This document shows positions 45,001 to 55,429 of a stretch of 64,000 nucleotides of DNA, piece by piece (the first letter of the stretch is position 1; every line of letters begins with the position of its first letter). The stretch spans positions 138,210 through 202,209 of the forward strand of contig LADT01000016.1 of assembly GCA_000961765.1 (NCBI GenBank), written 5' to 3'. The stretch comes from Clostridiaceae bacterium BRH_c20a (GTDB lineage Bacteria; Bacillota; Peptococcia; Peptococcales; BICA1-8). A model generated the notes under the pieces. That model was not told the origin of the DNA, did no database searches, and saw only the letters and a list, made by a program, of their open reading frames with translations. Position numbers and translations under genes: made by a program.

Positions 45001-46173
45001 ATGTCTGAAATACTTAAATACAACGAAATAATACCCCGCTTTTACAAGAGGTGTCTAAGGTATTTATTCCTTAGTATAAGTACAATTAAAATTTTTCAAG
45101 GGGATTATCAGCAATCAATAAATAAATTAAAGAAGCTCATTTTAATAGAAAAAGATGATCCTGATATACATTGGCGACTAGGAACTGTTTATTTAAAAAT
45201 AAATGACCTTAAAAATGCACTAAATTGTTTTCAAATAGCAGTTAATTTAGGAAGTGGACAACCTAAATACCTGCTCTGGTTGAGTACAGTTGAAAATTCT
45301 CTAGGAAATAGCTCAAAATCATTTAATATTATTCAAGAAGTTCTGGAAAAAGACCCTTATTGCCCAGAGGCATGGCAAATGCAGGGTAAGAACCTAATTG
45401 ATATAGGCTTACTAAAAGAAGGAATTGAATCTATTAATAGGTCATTAGATCTCAATCCAGACAATATTGAAGGTTGGAATGCATTAGGATGTATATATTT
45501 GGAAAATAACGAAAATCTGAAAGCCTTAGAAGCTTTCAATCAAGGCTTGAAAATTAATCATAAACATCTAGATTTACTATTTAATATTGGGTTGGTTTAT
45601 ATAAAATTTGAAAAATACGCTGAAAGTATAAAATATCTGGAAAAAGCAAAAAAATATAAGATGCAATGTCCAGAATTATATAATGCATTAGGATTATGTT
45701 ATTCAAGAATAGATAGCTTGGAAATGGCAGAAAATTATTACAAGAAATCTTTGGAACTGTTTCCGGAAAATATTGAAACTATCTGCAATTTAGCTGCAAT
45801 TAAAGGTAAGAGAAATATGTTTTCTGAAGCGCTGCAGCTCTATGAAGAATTAATTAAAGTTGATGCATATGATGCTACAATTCTTAATAATATTGCTTGG
45901 TGCTTAGAAAAAACAAATAATTTAGATGAAGCAATAAAATATTATTATCGCGCCTTGGCAAAAGAACCATGGGATAATATTTTTCGTTTAAACTTAAGCG
46001 AATGCTTGTATGCGAAAGGATATCTCGTAGAAGCCATTGGGCATTTAGAAGAAATTATTAAAAACCATCCTGATAACCGTAAAGCTTGGGAAATTCTAGG
46101 GAAAATATATGATAAAAGCAGACATCATTCAAAAGCTATCGATTGTTACAATAAAGCATTAGGGTTAGAATAA
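45001..46173 (+). CDS. Tetratricopeptide (TPR) repeat protein
   Basis: Repeated 34-aa 'A...G..Y...g....A...y.kAL.l.P' units throughout the 390 aa. Confidence 0.8.
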   Translation: MSEILKYNEIIPRFYKRCLRYLFLSISTIKIFQGDYQQSINKLKKLILIEKDDPDIHWRLGTVYLKINDLKNALNCFQIAVNLGSGQPKYLLWLSTVENSLGNSSKSFNIIQEVLEKDPYCPEAWQMQGKNLIDIGLLKEGIESINRSLDLNPDNIEGWNALGCIYLENNENLKALEAFNQGLKINHKHLDLLFNIGLVYIKFEKYAESIKYLEKAKKYKMQCPELYNALGLCYSRIDSLEMAENYYKKSLELFPENIETICNLAAIKGKRNMFSEALQLYEELIKVDAYDATILNNIAWCLEKTNNLDEAIKYYYRALAKEPWDNIFRLNLSECLYAKGYLVEAIGHLEEIIKNHPDNRKAWEILGKIYDKSRHHSKAIDCYNKALGLE

Positions 46174-46256
46174 TTAATTACTATAATCATATTTTCCGTT
46201 AATAGACTCCATATCTATTAAAAATAATATTTATCAGATATAATAAAGGAGGAAAA

Positions 46257-46814
46257 ATGCATAAATTAAAATATTTTATTAAAGAGGTATTAGTGATTGT
46301 TATTTCAGCCTTTTGTCTTTCGTTTTTTTTACAAAGTTTTGTAATTGAACCAAGAGTCATTCCGACTGGTTCAATGCTCCCAACCATTCAACTTGATCAA
46401 AGAATTTTAGTTAATAAACTAATTTATTCTTTTAAAAGACCACAAAGGGGAGATATTGTTGTTTTTACACCCCCTATTATTACGGAAGATAATAAAGATT
46501 ATATTAAAAGGGTAATAGGGGTTGCTGGGGAAAAAATACAGATACAAAATGGACAAGTATACATAAATGATATGCCACTATTGGAAAACTATACCAATGA
46601 AAAGGCCGAATACGATTTTGGGCCAATAGTTGTTCCCGAAAATTCCCTTTTTGTCCTTGGGGATAATAGAAATAACAGTTATGATAGTCATGCTTGGAAT
46701 ACATGGTTAACCCTAAACCAGATTAAAGGAAAAGCCTTTTTCACCTATTGGCCCTTTCAACGATTAGGTTTAATAAATACGGAGGTTATCAGTGCGAATA
46801 CTAGTTACAAATGA
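46257..46814 (+). CDS. lepB: Signal peptidase I
   Basis: 'IPTGSMLPTI' (catalytic Ser), 'IKRVIGVAGE' (Lys box) and 'GDNRNNSYDSH'. Confidence 0.9.
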   Translation: MHKLKYFIKEVLVIVISAFCLSFFLQSFVIEPRVIPTGSMLPTIQLDQRILVNKLIYSFKRPQRGDIVVFTPPIITEDNKDYIKRVIGVAGEKIQIQNGQVYINDMPLLENYTNEKAEYDFGPIVVPENSLFVLGDNRNNSYDSHAWNTWLTLNQIKGKAFFTYWPFQRLGLINTEVISANTSYK

Positions 46815-47562
46815 TGATGGAATAGAAGCTGAAGGAATTAAGTGCTTAGCCATTGGTTTGCAGGAAATTGGAGAGGTTACCGTTATTGCCCCCGATAGGG
46901 AGATGAGTGCATGCGGTCATGGGATAACAGTTCATCATCCTATCAAGGTTGACAAATTTAATTTGTTTAAAAACATTAATGCTTGGTCAGTGTCGGGGAC
47001 GCCTGCTGATTGTGTTAAACTTGGTGTAACGACTATACTTAATACAAGACCAGATATTGTGGTTTCGGGAATAAACAGAGGACCTAATCTGGGAACTGAT
47101 GTATTATACTCAGGCACAGTTTCAGGAGCAATTGAAGGAATTATCTTAGGCATTCCTGCTATTGCCCTATCTTTAGATTCCTTTTCAGCAGTGGATTTTT
47201 CTTCGGCATTAAGAGTTGCGCAACAATTATGCCGACAGATGTTAAGTAAAGACTTAGCTCCTGATACACTATTAAATGTTAATATACCTTATACTGCTAA
47301 AGAAAAAATTAAAGGTTATAAAGTAACAAAGCTTGGAGAAAGGAAATATATAAATAATTTTGAGCATCGCAAAGACCCTAGAGGAAATGATTATTACTGG
47401 TTAGCTGGACAAGTGATCCCACCAGAGCAGGAGGATCACGATTTGGATGTTGTAGCCATAAAAAACAATTATATTTCTGTAACGCCGATTCACTTTGATT
47501 TAACAAATTATAAAATTATAAAACAGGTAAAAAACTGGGGATTAGAGCAAATGAGCTTTTAG
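46792..47562 (+). CDS. surE: 5'/3'-nucleotidase SurE
   Basis: 'RILVTNDDGI', 'SGINRGPNLG' and 'YSGTVSGAIEG'. GTG start after GGAGG. Overlaps the lepB end. Confidence 0.9.
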   Translation: MRILVTNDDGIEAEGIKCLAIGLQEIGEVTVIAPDREMSACGHGITVHHPIKVDKFNLFKNINAWSVSGTPADCVKLGVTTILNTRPDIVVSGINRGPNLGTDVLYSGTVSGAIEGIILGIPAIALSLDSFSAVDFSSALRVAQQLCRQMLSKDLAPDTLLNVNIPYTAKEKIKGYKVTKLGERKYINNFEHRKDPRGNDYYWLAGQVIPPEQEDHDLDVVAIKNNYISVTPIHFDLTNYKIIKQVKNWGLEQMSF

Positions 47563-47564
47563 CT

Positions 47565-49124
47565 CTATTTTTTTGCTTTTGTAAACATGTATTTCAAATT
47601 TATTTGACCCCAGAAATTAATTAGTAAGAAATAAAAAAGTCCTCCAGTAATTATGCTGATTATTGTAACAGAACTCTCAATAAAGTATTTTGTTAAATAA
47701 TTAGTTTCCAAAATGATAAATACTCCCATAAAAAGAGAGGCCATCAATGGCAGGATAATCTGCTTCACATTTAAATGGAATCCTGTGGTATTAAAAATTA
47801 CAATTAAATTCAATATACAGACAACAAAAAAACTAAAAACAAAGGCAACAGCTGCTCCATTAATATTAAGCTCAGGTATTGCTACTAGATAAATAATACC
47901 AACAACTTTTATAATAGATCCAAAAACAGTATTGATAAATATTTTTCTAACTAGACCTAGGCCTTGGAGAATACCATTAGATGTTTGGGCTAAATACAAA
48001 AATAGTGCTCCCCAGGCAAGGTATCTTACAGTTGTACCAGCTTCGGGAAGGTTAAATAAAAGGGTGCATAAACTAGTAGCCTTTAAAATCAAGATAATCA
48101 TAACCGGTAAACCAAATAAATAGGTAAGTCTTAAAGCTTCTGTACTTCTAAACTGTAGTGCCGCAAATTTACCTTGAGCTTCAGCTTCAGAAATTGCAGG
48201 GACTAATGAAATAGCCAGTGAAAAGGTCAAAACTGTTGGAATAGTTAATAATGAAATACTAACCCCTGAAAATTGACCGTAGATACTTGCTGCTTGATTA
48301 ATTGTATAGCCGGATTTCTGTAGAGTAAGGGGGATTAGGCTTGCTTCAAATGTCAATACAAGGCTGGATATTAGCCTAGTTAATGTTGTGGGAAACCCGA
48401 ATGCAAAAAGTTCAGCAATTACCTTTCTGGTTGGTATGTTAAGAGCTGAGGGCATCCAGGTGGCTCTGTGTTGTATTTGTTTTTGTTTGAATCTATATAT
48501 GAGATAAATAATAATAAGCCCTACTAGTTCACCAGAAATCATACTTATAGATAAACCAACTGCAATCATTTTAATTCCGTAGGGCTGAAGTTCTGTAATT
48601 AGAAAAAGTGCTAAGGAAATGCGGATAATTTGCTCAATGCATTGTGTTAAGGCAGGTGGAATCATTTCTTGTAGTCCTTGAAAGAAACCACGGAAAGCCG
48701 AACAAATGGAAACAATTATAATTCCGGGAATCATAGTATAAAAACACCAAATTACCCGGTGATCCTGATAAAGGGTATTAATCAGCAGTGGGGAAATTAA
48801 AAATAAAATTATTGTAAAAAAAAAGCTGAGAAAAATTAATACAGATAATGCTATACGAAAAATTTTAAAGGCTCCTTGATAATTTCCTAAAGCAACCTGC
48901 TGTGATACCATTTTTGAAATTGCTAAAGGTAAACCTGCCGTCGAAATGACCAATACAGTTATATACAAGGGGAAAACCATATTAAATAAACCAACAGCTT
49001 CTGTACCAATTATCCTAATAACAGTAATTTGAAATATAAAACCAATTACTTTTACAAATATTCCGGAAAGAAATAGTATAAATGCACCCTGCATAAAACT
49101 GTGTTTGGCCATATTGTCACTCAC
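47565..49124 (-). CDS. MOP-superfamily flippase (SpoVB / MurJ-like polysaccharide biosynthesis protein)
   Basis: 519 aa with about 14 TM segments. N-terminal 'FMQGAFILFLSGIFVKVIGFIFQ' pattern typical of SpoVB-like proteins. Confidence 0.75.
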   Translation of the reverse strand: MSDNMAKHSFMQGAFILFLSGIFVKVIGFIFQITVIRIIGTEAVGLFNMVFPLYITVLVISTAGLPLAISKMVSQQVALGNYQGAFKIFRIALSVLIFLSFFFTIILFLISPLLINTLYQDHRVIWCFYTMIPGIIIVSICSAFRGFFQGLQEMIPPALTQCIEQIIRISLALFLITELQPYGIKMIAVGLSISMISGELVGLIIIYLIYRFKQKQIQHRATWMPSALNIPTRKVIAELFAFGFPTTLTRLISSLVLTFEASLIPLTLQKSGYTINQAASIYGQFSGVSISLLTIPTVLTFSLAISLVPAISEAEAQGKFAALQFRSTEALRLTYLFGLPVMIILILKATSLCTLLFNLPEAGTTVRYLAWGALFLYLAQTSNGILQGLGLVRKIFINTVFGSIIKVVGIIYLVAIPELNINGAAVAFVFSFFVVCILNLIVIFNTTGFHLNVKQIILPLMASLFMGVFIILETNYLTKYFIESSVTIISIITGGLFYFLLINFWGQINLKYMFTKAKK

Positions 49125-49334
49125 TTTATTTTTATCTTATTCATGTCTATGCGAGGTTTTGAAAAAATATCAAAAATTTGGCAACACTATAAATAATAAT
49201 TTGTAAAAAGCTATTTTCTTAATGTTTTAAATTATCAAGAAGGATTTTCAGATTTTTTGCTTAATTATATTAATAATTTAAATTTTAAAAGAAAATAGGC
49301 AATATGCAAACACATTAAATAAGGAGGGGCTTTA

Positions 49335-51365
49335 TTGAAAACGTACACACCAGACAAAATAAGAAATGTGGGTATTGTTGCCCACGGAGGAGCAGGCAAA
49401 ACTTCACTAACCGAAGCAATACTTTATAATGCCGGTCTCACTTCAAGACTTGGTAAAGTTGACGATGGGACAACAGTAACCGATTATCTACCAGAGGAGA
49501 TAAAACGTAAAGTTACAATAACCTCTACCCTTGCCCCCTTGGAGTGGAATAATACAAAAATTAATTTTGTGGATACTCCAGGATATGCAGACTTTATAGG
49601 TGAAGTAAAAGGAGCTTTAAGGGCTGTAGATAATGTACTGATGGTGGTTTGTGGAGTATCCGGCGTAGAAGTTCAAACCGAAGTTATTTGGGACTTTGCT
49701 AATGAAAAAAATATGCCTCGGATACTTTTTGTAAATAAGTTAGATAGAGAAAACTCAAGTTTTTTTAAAGTAATTGATGAATTAAAAGATTCCTTTGGAG
49801 CAGGTATTGCTCCAATTCAATTACCTATCGGTTCAGAATCAGGCTTTAGTGGAGTTGTAGATATTTTACAGCTTAAAGCATATACCTTTAAAGATGGGAA
49901 AATCAGTGAAATTGCCATTCCAGACGACTTACAAGCTCAGGCACAAGAATACCGTGATGCTCTAATGGAATCAGTTGCCGAAGGTGATGATGAACTTTTA
50001 ATGAAGTATTTAGAGGGAGAGGTGTTATCTCCTGAAGAAATAATTAAAGGTTTTAAAAAAGGGGTAAGAGAAGGGAAAATCTATCCGGTATTAGCTGGTT
50101 CTGCTTTAAGTAATATTGGTATTCCAAATTTAGTAGACGCTATAGTTGATTTTTTACCAACACCAAGTGATTTGAGTGAAACAGATTTATTAGCACAAGC
50201 TCCAGCTGCCTTAGTGTATAAAACATTAGCAGACCCATATGTTGGTAAACTGAGCTTTTTTAGATTATACTCAGGTAAACTAAAAACTACTGATAATATC
50301 TATAATGCAAATAAAGAAAAAGAAGAGAAGGTCAGCAGCTTTTTAATGGTTAGAGGGAAAACACAAGAGAACTTATCTGAGATCATGGCCGGAGATATAG
50401 CAGCAGTTGCAAAACTTCAAGAAACAATGACCGGTCATACCTTGTGTTTAAAATCAAAACCCCAATTATTAGAAAGTATTGATTTTCCCGAACCAGCTTT
50501 AGCTGTAGCCATTAGCCCTAAATCAAGGGGTGATGAAGATAAGGTAGGTAATGCCATATCCAGACTTCTTGAAGAAGACCCAACATTAAAGGTAGAAAAA
50601 AATTCAGAAACTAAAGAAACTATCTTAAAAGGTATGGGGGATCTACATTTAGACATTATTACTGAAAGAATGAAAGCTAAATTTGGAGTAGAAGTAGAAA
50701 TGCGTACTCCCAAGGTCCCATATCGTGAAACTATTCGCGGTAATATCAAAATTCAAGGGAAACACAAGAAACAATCAGGTGGTGCAGGACAATACGGTGA
50801 TGTATGGTTAACACTAGAGCCACTTCCAGATGGGGATTTCGAATTTCATGAATCAGTTTTCGGTGGAGCAGTTCCTAGAAACTACTTCCCTGCCGTTGAA
50901 AAAGGTGTTAGGGAAGCTATGCAAGAAGGTATGTTAGCTGGTTATCCTGTTGCTAATTTAAAAGTAACCTTAGTTGATGGTTCATATCATCCCGTAGACT
51001 CCAATGAAATGTCTTTTAAAATTGCAGGTTCATTAGCATTTAGAAAAGGTATGGAGAAAGCAAATCCTGTTTTGTTAGAGCCTATAATGAATGTTGAAAT
51101 AGTCATTCCCGAACAATTTATGGGTGATATTATGGGTGACATAAATAGTAAACGGGGTAGAATTATGGGGATGGAGTCTAAAGGTAAGTTCCAGGTTATC
51201 AAAGCCCAAGCTCCTTTATCAGAGATGAGTCGTTATGCTATTGATTTAAAATCAATAACACAAGCAAGAGGCAGTTTTAAAATGGAATTATCTCATTATG
51301 AGGATGTACCACATAAAATAGCAGAAGAAATAATAAATAGTAGGAAAAAAGAAGAAGAAAAGTAG
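49335..51365 (+). CDS. Elongation factor G paralogue (EF-G-like GTPase, stand-alone, not in an str operon)
   Basis: G motifs 'GIVAHGGAGKTSL', 'DTPGYADF' and 'NKLD'. Domains II-V are recognisable. 676 aa. Confidence 0.85.
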   Translation: MKTYTPDKIRNVGIVAHGGAGKTSLTEAILYNAGLTSRLGKVDDGTTVTDYLPEEIKRKVTITSTLAPLEWNNTKINFVDTPGYADFIGEVKGALRAVDNVLMVVCGVSGVEVQTEVIWDFANEKNMPRILFVNKLDRENSSFFKVIDELKDSFGAGIAPIQLPIGSESGFSGVVDILQLKAYTFKDGKISEIAIPDDLQAQAQEYRDALMESVAEGDDELLMKYLEGEVLSPEEIIKGFKKGVREGKIYPVLAGSALSNIGIPNLVDAIVDFLPTPSDLSETDLLAQAPAALVYKTLADPYVGKLSFFRLYSGKLKTTDNIYNANKEKEEKVSSFLMVRGKTQENLSEIMAGDIAAVAKLQETMTGHTLCLKSKPQLLESIDFPEPALAVAISPKSRGDEDKVGNAISRLLEEDPTLKVEKNSETKETILKGMGDLHLDIITERMKAKFGVEVEMRTPKVPYRETIRGNIKIQGKHKKQSGGAGQYGDVWLTLEPLPDGDFEFHESVFGGAVPRNYFPAVEKGVREAMQEGMLAGYPVANLKVTLVDGSYHPVDSNEMSFKIAGSLAFRKGMEKANPVLLEPIMNVEIVIPEQFMGDIMGDINSKRGRIMGMESKGKFQVIKAQAPLSEMSRYAIDLKSITQARGSFKMELSHYEDVPHKIAEEIINSRKKEEEK

Positions 51366-51371
51366 TTTTAT

Positions 51372-51401
51372 AAAGGGAGTAGGTAATACTCCCTTTATTT
51401 T
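51372..51401 (+). terminator. Terminator after the EF-G paralogue
   Basis: aaagggagt / actcccttt stem with a T-rich tail. Confidence 0.8.
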
Positions 51402-51409
51402 GTGAAATA

Positions 51410-51439
51410 AAAAAAACTGAGTAGAAACTCAGTTTTTTT
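51410..51439 (-). terminator. Terminator after tRNA-Trp (minus strand)
   Basis: ctgagt-agaa-actcag stem flanked by A7 and T7 runs. Confidence 0.75.
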
Positions 51440-51443
51440 ATGG

Positions 51444-51519
51444 TGGCAGGGGCGGCAGGACTTGAACCCGCAACCAATGGATTTGGAGTCCACTACTCTA
51501 CCAATTGAGCCACACCCCT
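51444..51519 (-). tRNA. tRNA-Trp (anticodon CCA)
   Basis: Reverse complement: acceptor aggggtg/cgcccct, anticodon loop ctCCAaa, discriminator G, CCA encoded. Confidence 0.9.
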
Positions 51520-51539
51520 GTATAATAAATGTAAAAACT

Positions 51540-51568
51540 ATATTACATTATATTTAGATAGTTGTCAA
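51540..51568 (-). promoter_or_regulatory. Sigma-A promoter of tRNA-Trp
   Basis: The minus strand reads TTGACA (51568-51563), a 17-nt spacer, then TAATAT (51545-51540). Confidence 0.65.
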
Positions 51569-51725
51569 TGCTTAAATTATAATCTTTATTTTCTGAAACT
51601 TAGTTTACATTTTTAACAGAATGTAGAAGGAATACCAATAAAAATGTAGAAGTGTATATATGGATAAGTAATAAATATGGATAAGTAATAAATAAAAATA
51701 CTACTACTACAAAGTTGGTGACTTG

Positions 51726-52238
51726 ATGAGATATAAAAAGCTATTGTTTTTTTTGGTAATACTTGTAATATTTACTAGCGGATGTTCCAGAAAAGTTACT
51801 GAAATAACCGCACCACCTGATAACATCACCTTAGATGAAGCAACAAAGATAAATTTAAAGATGCTTGATTTGAATAAGCTGTCCAAGACTGATATCACCC
51901 AATTAGATGGTATAAAATTTAAAGATAATACTGTAGGCTATGAAATGGAATATAGATATCCTGATACACCAATAAAAATTAAGATTATTAAGTTTACATC
52001 ACAAGATGAAATTGAGACTTTTTGGTTAGAGTGGCTAGCTGTGCACAAACTAGAACAATTCAAAACCCAACAAGTAGTTGAGTTTAATCAGTATAATAAC
52101 TATTCTAGTTACGCTTGGCAAAAAGGTCCATGGTTTACTTATATAAGTGTACCTAATGAACCATTAAAAGATAAAGTGAAAAATGTTATAGCTAATCATT
52201 ACTTGAATTTAGCAAAAAAGGAAAGTTTAATTAAATAA
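51726..52238 (+). CDS. Putative lipoprotein, function unknown
   Basis: Signal peptide with lipobox 'FTSGCSR'. Confidence 0.6.
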   Translation: MRYKKLLFFLVILVIFTSGCSRKVTEITAPPDNITLDEATKINLKMLDLNKLSKTDITQLDGIKFKDNTVGYEMEYRYPDTPIKIKIIKFTSQDEIETFWLEWLAVHKLEQFKTQQVVEFNQYNNYSSYAWQKGPWFTYISVPNEPLKDKVKNVIANHYLNLAKKESLIK

Positions 52239-52415
52239 AATAGTAAATTAATTAAATATTATCTTAATTGGACTATGAGTAATTAATTTGCATAGTCATT
52301 TTTATTCCTCTATTTGATAAAAAAATTTTATTTAATAAACTATATCATTTTTTACAAGTATATTTGGGGAAAGAATTATATAATAATTATTAATAATTTG
52401 AAAAGGAGGGTTAAA

Positions 52416-53675
52416 ATGAGCACTTCAAAAAGGAGTTCAAGAGAAATATCACTTGAAAGGGCAGAAGTTCTGAAAAATCGTATTGAACCATATTTGGAAG
52501 CAAAAGAAAAAATATCTACAGGTTTATCTCTTAAAGAAGAGATAAAGGCCAGACAGAATAAAATTAAAGAGATTTTAGGTGCAACTGATGACGATTGGAA
52601 CGATTGGCATTGGCAAATTAGAAACCGAATATCCGATTCTGATCAACTTGCTAATTTTTTAAACCTGAACGAGAAACAAAAACAAGATATAGATAATGTA
52701 GGAAAGAAATTCAGATGGGCAATTTCACCCTACTATCTATCTCTAATTAACCCAGAAGGTGAACATTACCAAGACCCAATATATTTACAATCAGTTCCAA
52801 CAGGCCTGGAATTACAAGAAGGCATAGGTAGTGCAGATCCAATGGCTGAAGAATTTACTAATCCTGCCCAATGTATTACCCGTAGATATCCTGATAGGTT
52901 AATAATCAATATTACTAATCAATGTGCCATGTATTGTCGACATTGCCAAAGAAGAAGAAATATTGGTGAAACTGATATCCCCCGGTCTAAAGAAGAATTA
53001 CTTGAAGCTATCAACTACATTAAAAATTCACCGGAAATAAGGGATGTTTTAATAACCGGTGGTGATCCGTTTACGTTATCTGATGATTTACTGGATTGGC
53101 TCTTAGGTGAACTTGATAAAATTCCCCATCTTGAGTACAAGCGGTTAGGTTCAAGAATGTTAGTTACTTTACCACAACGGGTTACACCTGAGTTTTGTGA
53201 AATGCTGAAAAAACATCATCCGGTTTATGTGAATACACATTTTAATAACCCACTGGAGGTTACTGAAGAATCGAAAAAAGCCTGTGAAATGCTGGCAAAT
53301 GCTGGTGTACCCTTAGGCAATCAAGCGGTATTGTTAAAAGGCATAAATGATAATATCCATGTTATGAAAAAGCTTAATCATGAAATTTTAAAAATCAGAG
53401 TCCGACCTTACTACATTTTCCATGCTAAAGGTATTATCGGAACAATGCATTTTCGAACCAGTGTCGATATAGGAATTGAAATAATGGAGCATTTAAGAGG
53501 CTATACATCAGGCTTAGCAATTCCGACATTTATCGTTAATGCCCCAGAAGGTAAAGGTAAAACACCGATGCTACCTGAATATTTAATTGCCCAAGGCAGA
53601 GGAAATGTAACTATAAGAACTTGGGAAGGGGAGATAATACAATATCCTAATAAAGACGAGGATATTATTTTTTAG
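52416..53675 (+). CDS. kamA: Lysine 2,3-aminomutase (KamA family radical SAM/PLP enzyme)
   Basis: 'WHWQIRNRI', the radical SAM cluster 'NQCAMYCRHCQRRR', 'ITGGDP' and 'PYYIFH'. The ATG at 52416 follows AAGGAGGG; the track ORF's 34-aa N-terminal extension is AT-rich junk. Confidence 0.9.
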   Translation: MSTSKRSSREISLERAEVLKNRIEPYLEAKEKISTGLSLKEEIKARQNKIKEILGATDDDWNDWHWQIRNRISDSDQLANFLNLNEKQKQDIDNVGKKFRWAISPYYLSLINPEGEHYQDPIYLQSVPTGLELQEGIGSADPMAEEFTNPAQCITRRYPDRLIINITNQCAMYCRHCQRRRNIGETDIPRSKEELLEAINYIKNSPEIRDVLITGGDPFTLSDDLLDWLLGELDKIPHLEYKRLGSRMLVTLPQRVTPEFCEMLKKHHPVYVNTHFNNPLEVTEESKKACEMLANAGVPLGNQAVLLKGINDNIHVMKKLNHEILKIRVRPYYIFHAKGIIGTMHFRTSVDIGIEIMEHLRGYTSGLAIPTFIVNAPEGKGKTPMLPEYLIAQGRGNVTIRTWEGEIIQYPNKDEDIIF

Positions 53676-53801
53676 AAGGAACAGACAACCTACAACTCTA
53701 AACCAAGTTATGCGTTTTGTGGTGTTTTGTGTAAAAATACCATATATTTGGTAGTAATTTATTATTACCATTAAAATAATTCAAATTTAGGGGGTATTTT
53801 T

Positions 53802-54860
53802 TTGAAGAAAAGATTAGTGTTTATGTTGGTGCTTGTTTTTATTGTCTCTAGTGTAATGCTGGGTTGTGGGGCAAAACAAGAAACACCTTCAGAGAAGCCT
53901 AAAGAGGCTCCTCAAGCGGAGCCTAAAAAAGTTGAAACATTACAAATCAATATTATCACAGGATCTACCGGTGGAACATATTACCCTTTAGGTGGGGCAA
54001 TGGCAAATGTATGGAGTAAGTACATTGATAATCTACAAGTAACATCTCAACCTGGTGGAGCATCAGTAGAAAGCATCAACATGGTAAATACAGGCGAAGT
54101 ACAATTAGGTATGGCAATGAATAATATTGCAGATGATGCGTGGAAGGGTAAAGGAACATGGGAAGGAAAAGCAATACAAAACTTTAGGTCCATAGGGGTT
54201 ATATATCCTGAAGTTTATCAAGGAATTGCACTTAAGGAAAGTGGAATAAAAACAATAGCGGACTTAAAAGGCAGAAAAGTTGCCGTAGGTCCGGTTGGAA
54301 GTGGAACAGCAGTATTGAGTGAAGCAGTATTTGGCGAAGCCGGGTTAACTTTTAAAGATATGGGTGCTCAATTTGATGGTTTTGGAGATGCTGCCAGCAA
54401 GATGAAGGACGGTCATATTGAGGCAAATTTCGGCGTTTTAAGTGTCCCCGCAGCTGCTATTCAGGATATTAAAACTGTACGGGATATAGAGATTATTGAA
54501 ATTAAAGGAGAACTTTTTGAAAAAGTTAAGGCTAATTATCCTTTCTTTAGTCAATATATTATACCTGCAGGTACTTATGGAAATACGGAAGACAAGTACA
54601 CTATAAATTGTCAAGCAGCATTATATGTAGCACCAGATTTACCGGAAGATGTAGTATATGAACTGACAAAAGTTTGGTACGAAAAAACTTCAGAGGTTGC
54701 TCAAGCTCATGCTGCAGCTACATGGTTATCAGAAGAATTAGCTGCGGGAAATTTAGAAATAGCTATATCTGGTATTACAACACCATTACATCTTGGCGCA
54801 TATAAATATTTTCAGGAGAAAGGCATAACTATTCCTGATGAAATTAAGCCCATTGACTAA
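53802..54860 (+). CDS. TAXI-family TRAP transporter solute receptor (lipoprotein), copy 1
   Basis: Lipobox 'MLGCGA'. 'TGSTGGTYYPLGGAMANVW' and 'LKGRKVAVGPVGSGT'. Confidence 0.85.
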   Translation: MKKRLVFMLVLVFIVSSVMLGCGAKQETPSEKPKEAPQAEPKKVETLQINIITGSTGGTYYPLGGAMANVWSKYIDNLQVTSQPGGASVESINMVNTGEVQLGMAMNNIADDAWKGKGTWEGKAIQNFRSIGVIYPEVYQGIALKESGIKTIADLKGRKVAVGPVGSGTAVLSEAVFGEAGLTFKDMGAQFDGFGDAASKMKDGHIEANFGVLSVPAAAIQDIKTVRDIEIIEIKGELFEKVKANYPFFSQYIIPAGTYGNTEDKYTINCQAALYVAPDLPEDVVYELTKVWYEKTSEVAQAHAAATWLSEELAAGNLEIAISGITTPLHLGAYKYFQEKGITIPDEIKPID

Positions 54861-54913
54861 TTAAATTGGGGGGTGATGGCCGGGTGGCTGAAAAGTCCTC
54901 GGCCTTCCCATTT

Positions 54914-55429
54914 ATGAAAAAACCTTTTATATTTTTTATTATTCTTTCTATTGTTATAATATTGCTATTACCAATATATGCTTTGGAAGTTAAAATTGCA
55001 AAAACTGAAGCTACTGTATACCAACAGCCAGCCAAACTCGGTGAACAGTTTGATATAATTTGGACTCATTCTGTAACATTACAACCTGTAATAGAGACAT
55101 ACAGGATTGATCAACCCGGTAAAATTTCATTAATACAGATGATTTTTGATGATAATGGTCCCAATCTACCTGCCAGACCAGAATATGATCAAAAGTGGCT
55201 TATTGAGGATGGTAAATTTATTGTTTACAACTATGATTTAGTTTTTGAAAAAGTTCCGGTAACCATTGGTTCTTTAATTGCAAATCACGCTCTACAATAT
55301 AATGATACATTAACCTATTTAAAAGAAGTGTATCGACCGGGTGGATATGTTTTATTAGCGATAACAAAGAAGAATATTTTTAAATATCTAACTCAGGAGG
55401 TCGAGATATGGCTGAAAAATCAGAAATAA
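54914..55429 (+). CDS. DUF1850 domain protein, copy 1
   Basis: Single N-terminal TM helix, then 'WTHSVTLQPVIETYRI'. It occupies the characteristic position between the TAXI receptor and the fused permease. Confidence 0.7.
   Translation: MKKPFIFFIILSIVIILLLPIYALEVKIAKTEATVYQQPAKLGEQFDIIWTHSVTLQPVIETYRIDQPGKISLIQMIFDDNGPNLPARPEYDQKWLIEDGKFIVYNYDLVFEKVPVTIGSLIANHALQYNDTLTYLKEVYRPGGYVLLAITKKNIFKYLTQEVEIWLKNQK

Noticed and set aside
49170-49200. Sigma-54-like 'TGGCAAC' upstream of the EF-G paralogue.
   Set aside because: No TTGC -12 element follows at the required spacing.
52314-52415. The 34-codon N-terminal extension of the kamA track ORF. Similar 5' extensions exist at 2174, 11891, 12465, 28218, 34788, 35675, 54866 and 62049.
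   Set aside because: The extensions are AT-rich with improbable peptides and lack an RBS. In each case an internal ATG follows a good Shine-Dalgarno sequence and matches the expected family N-terminus.
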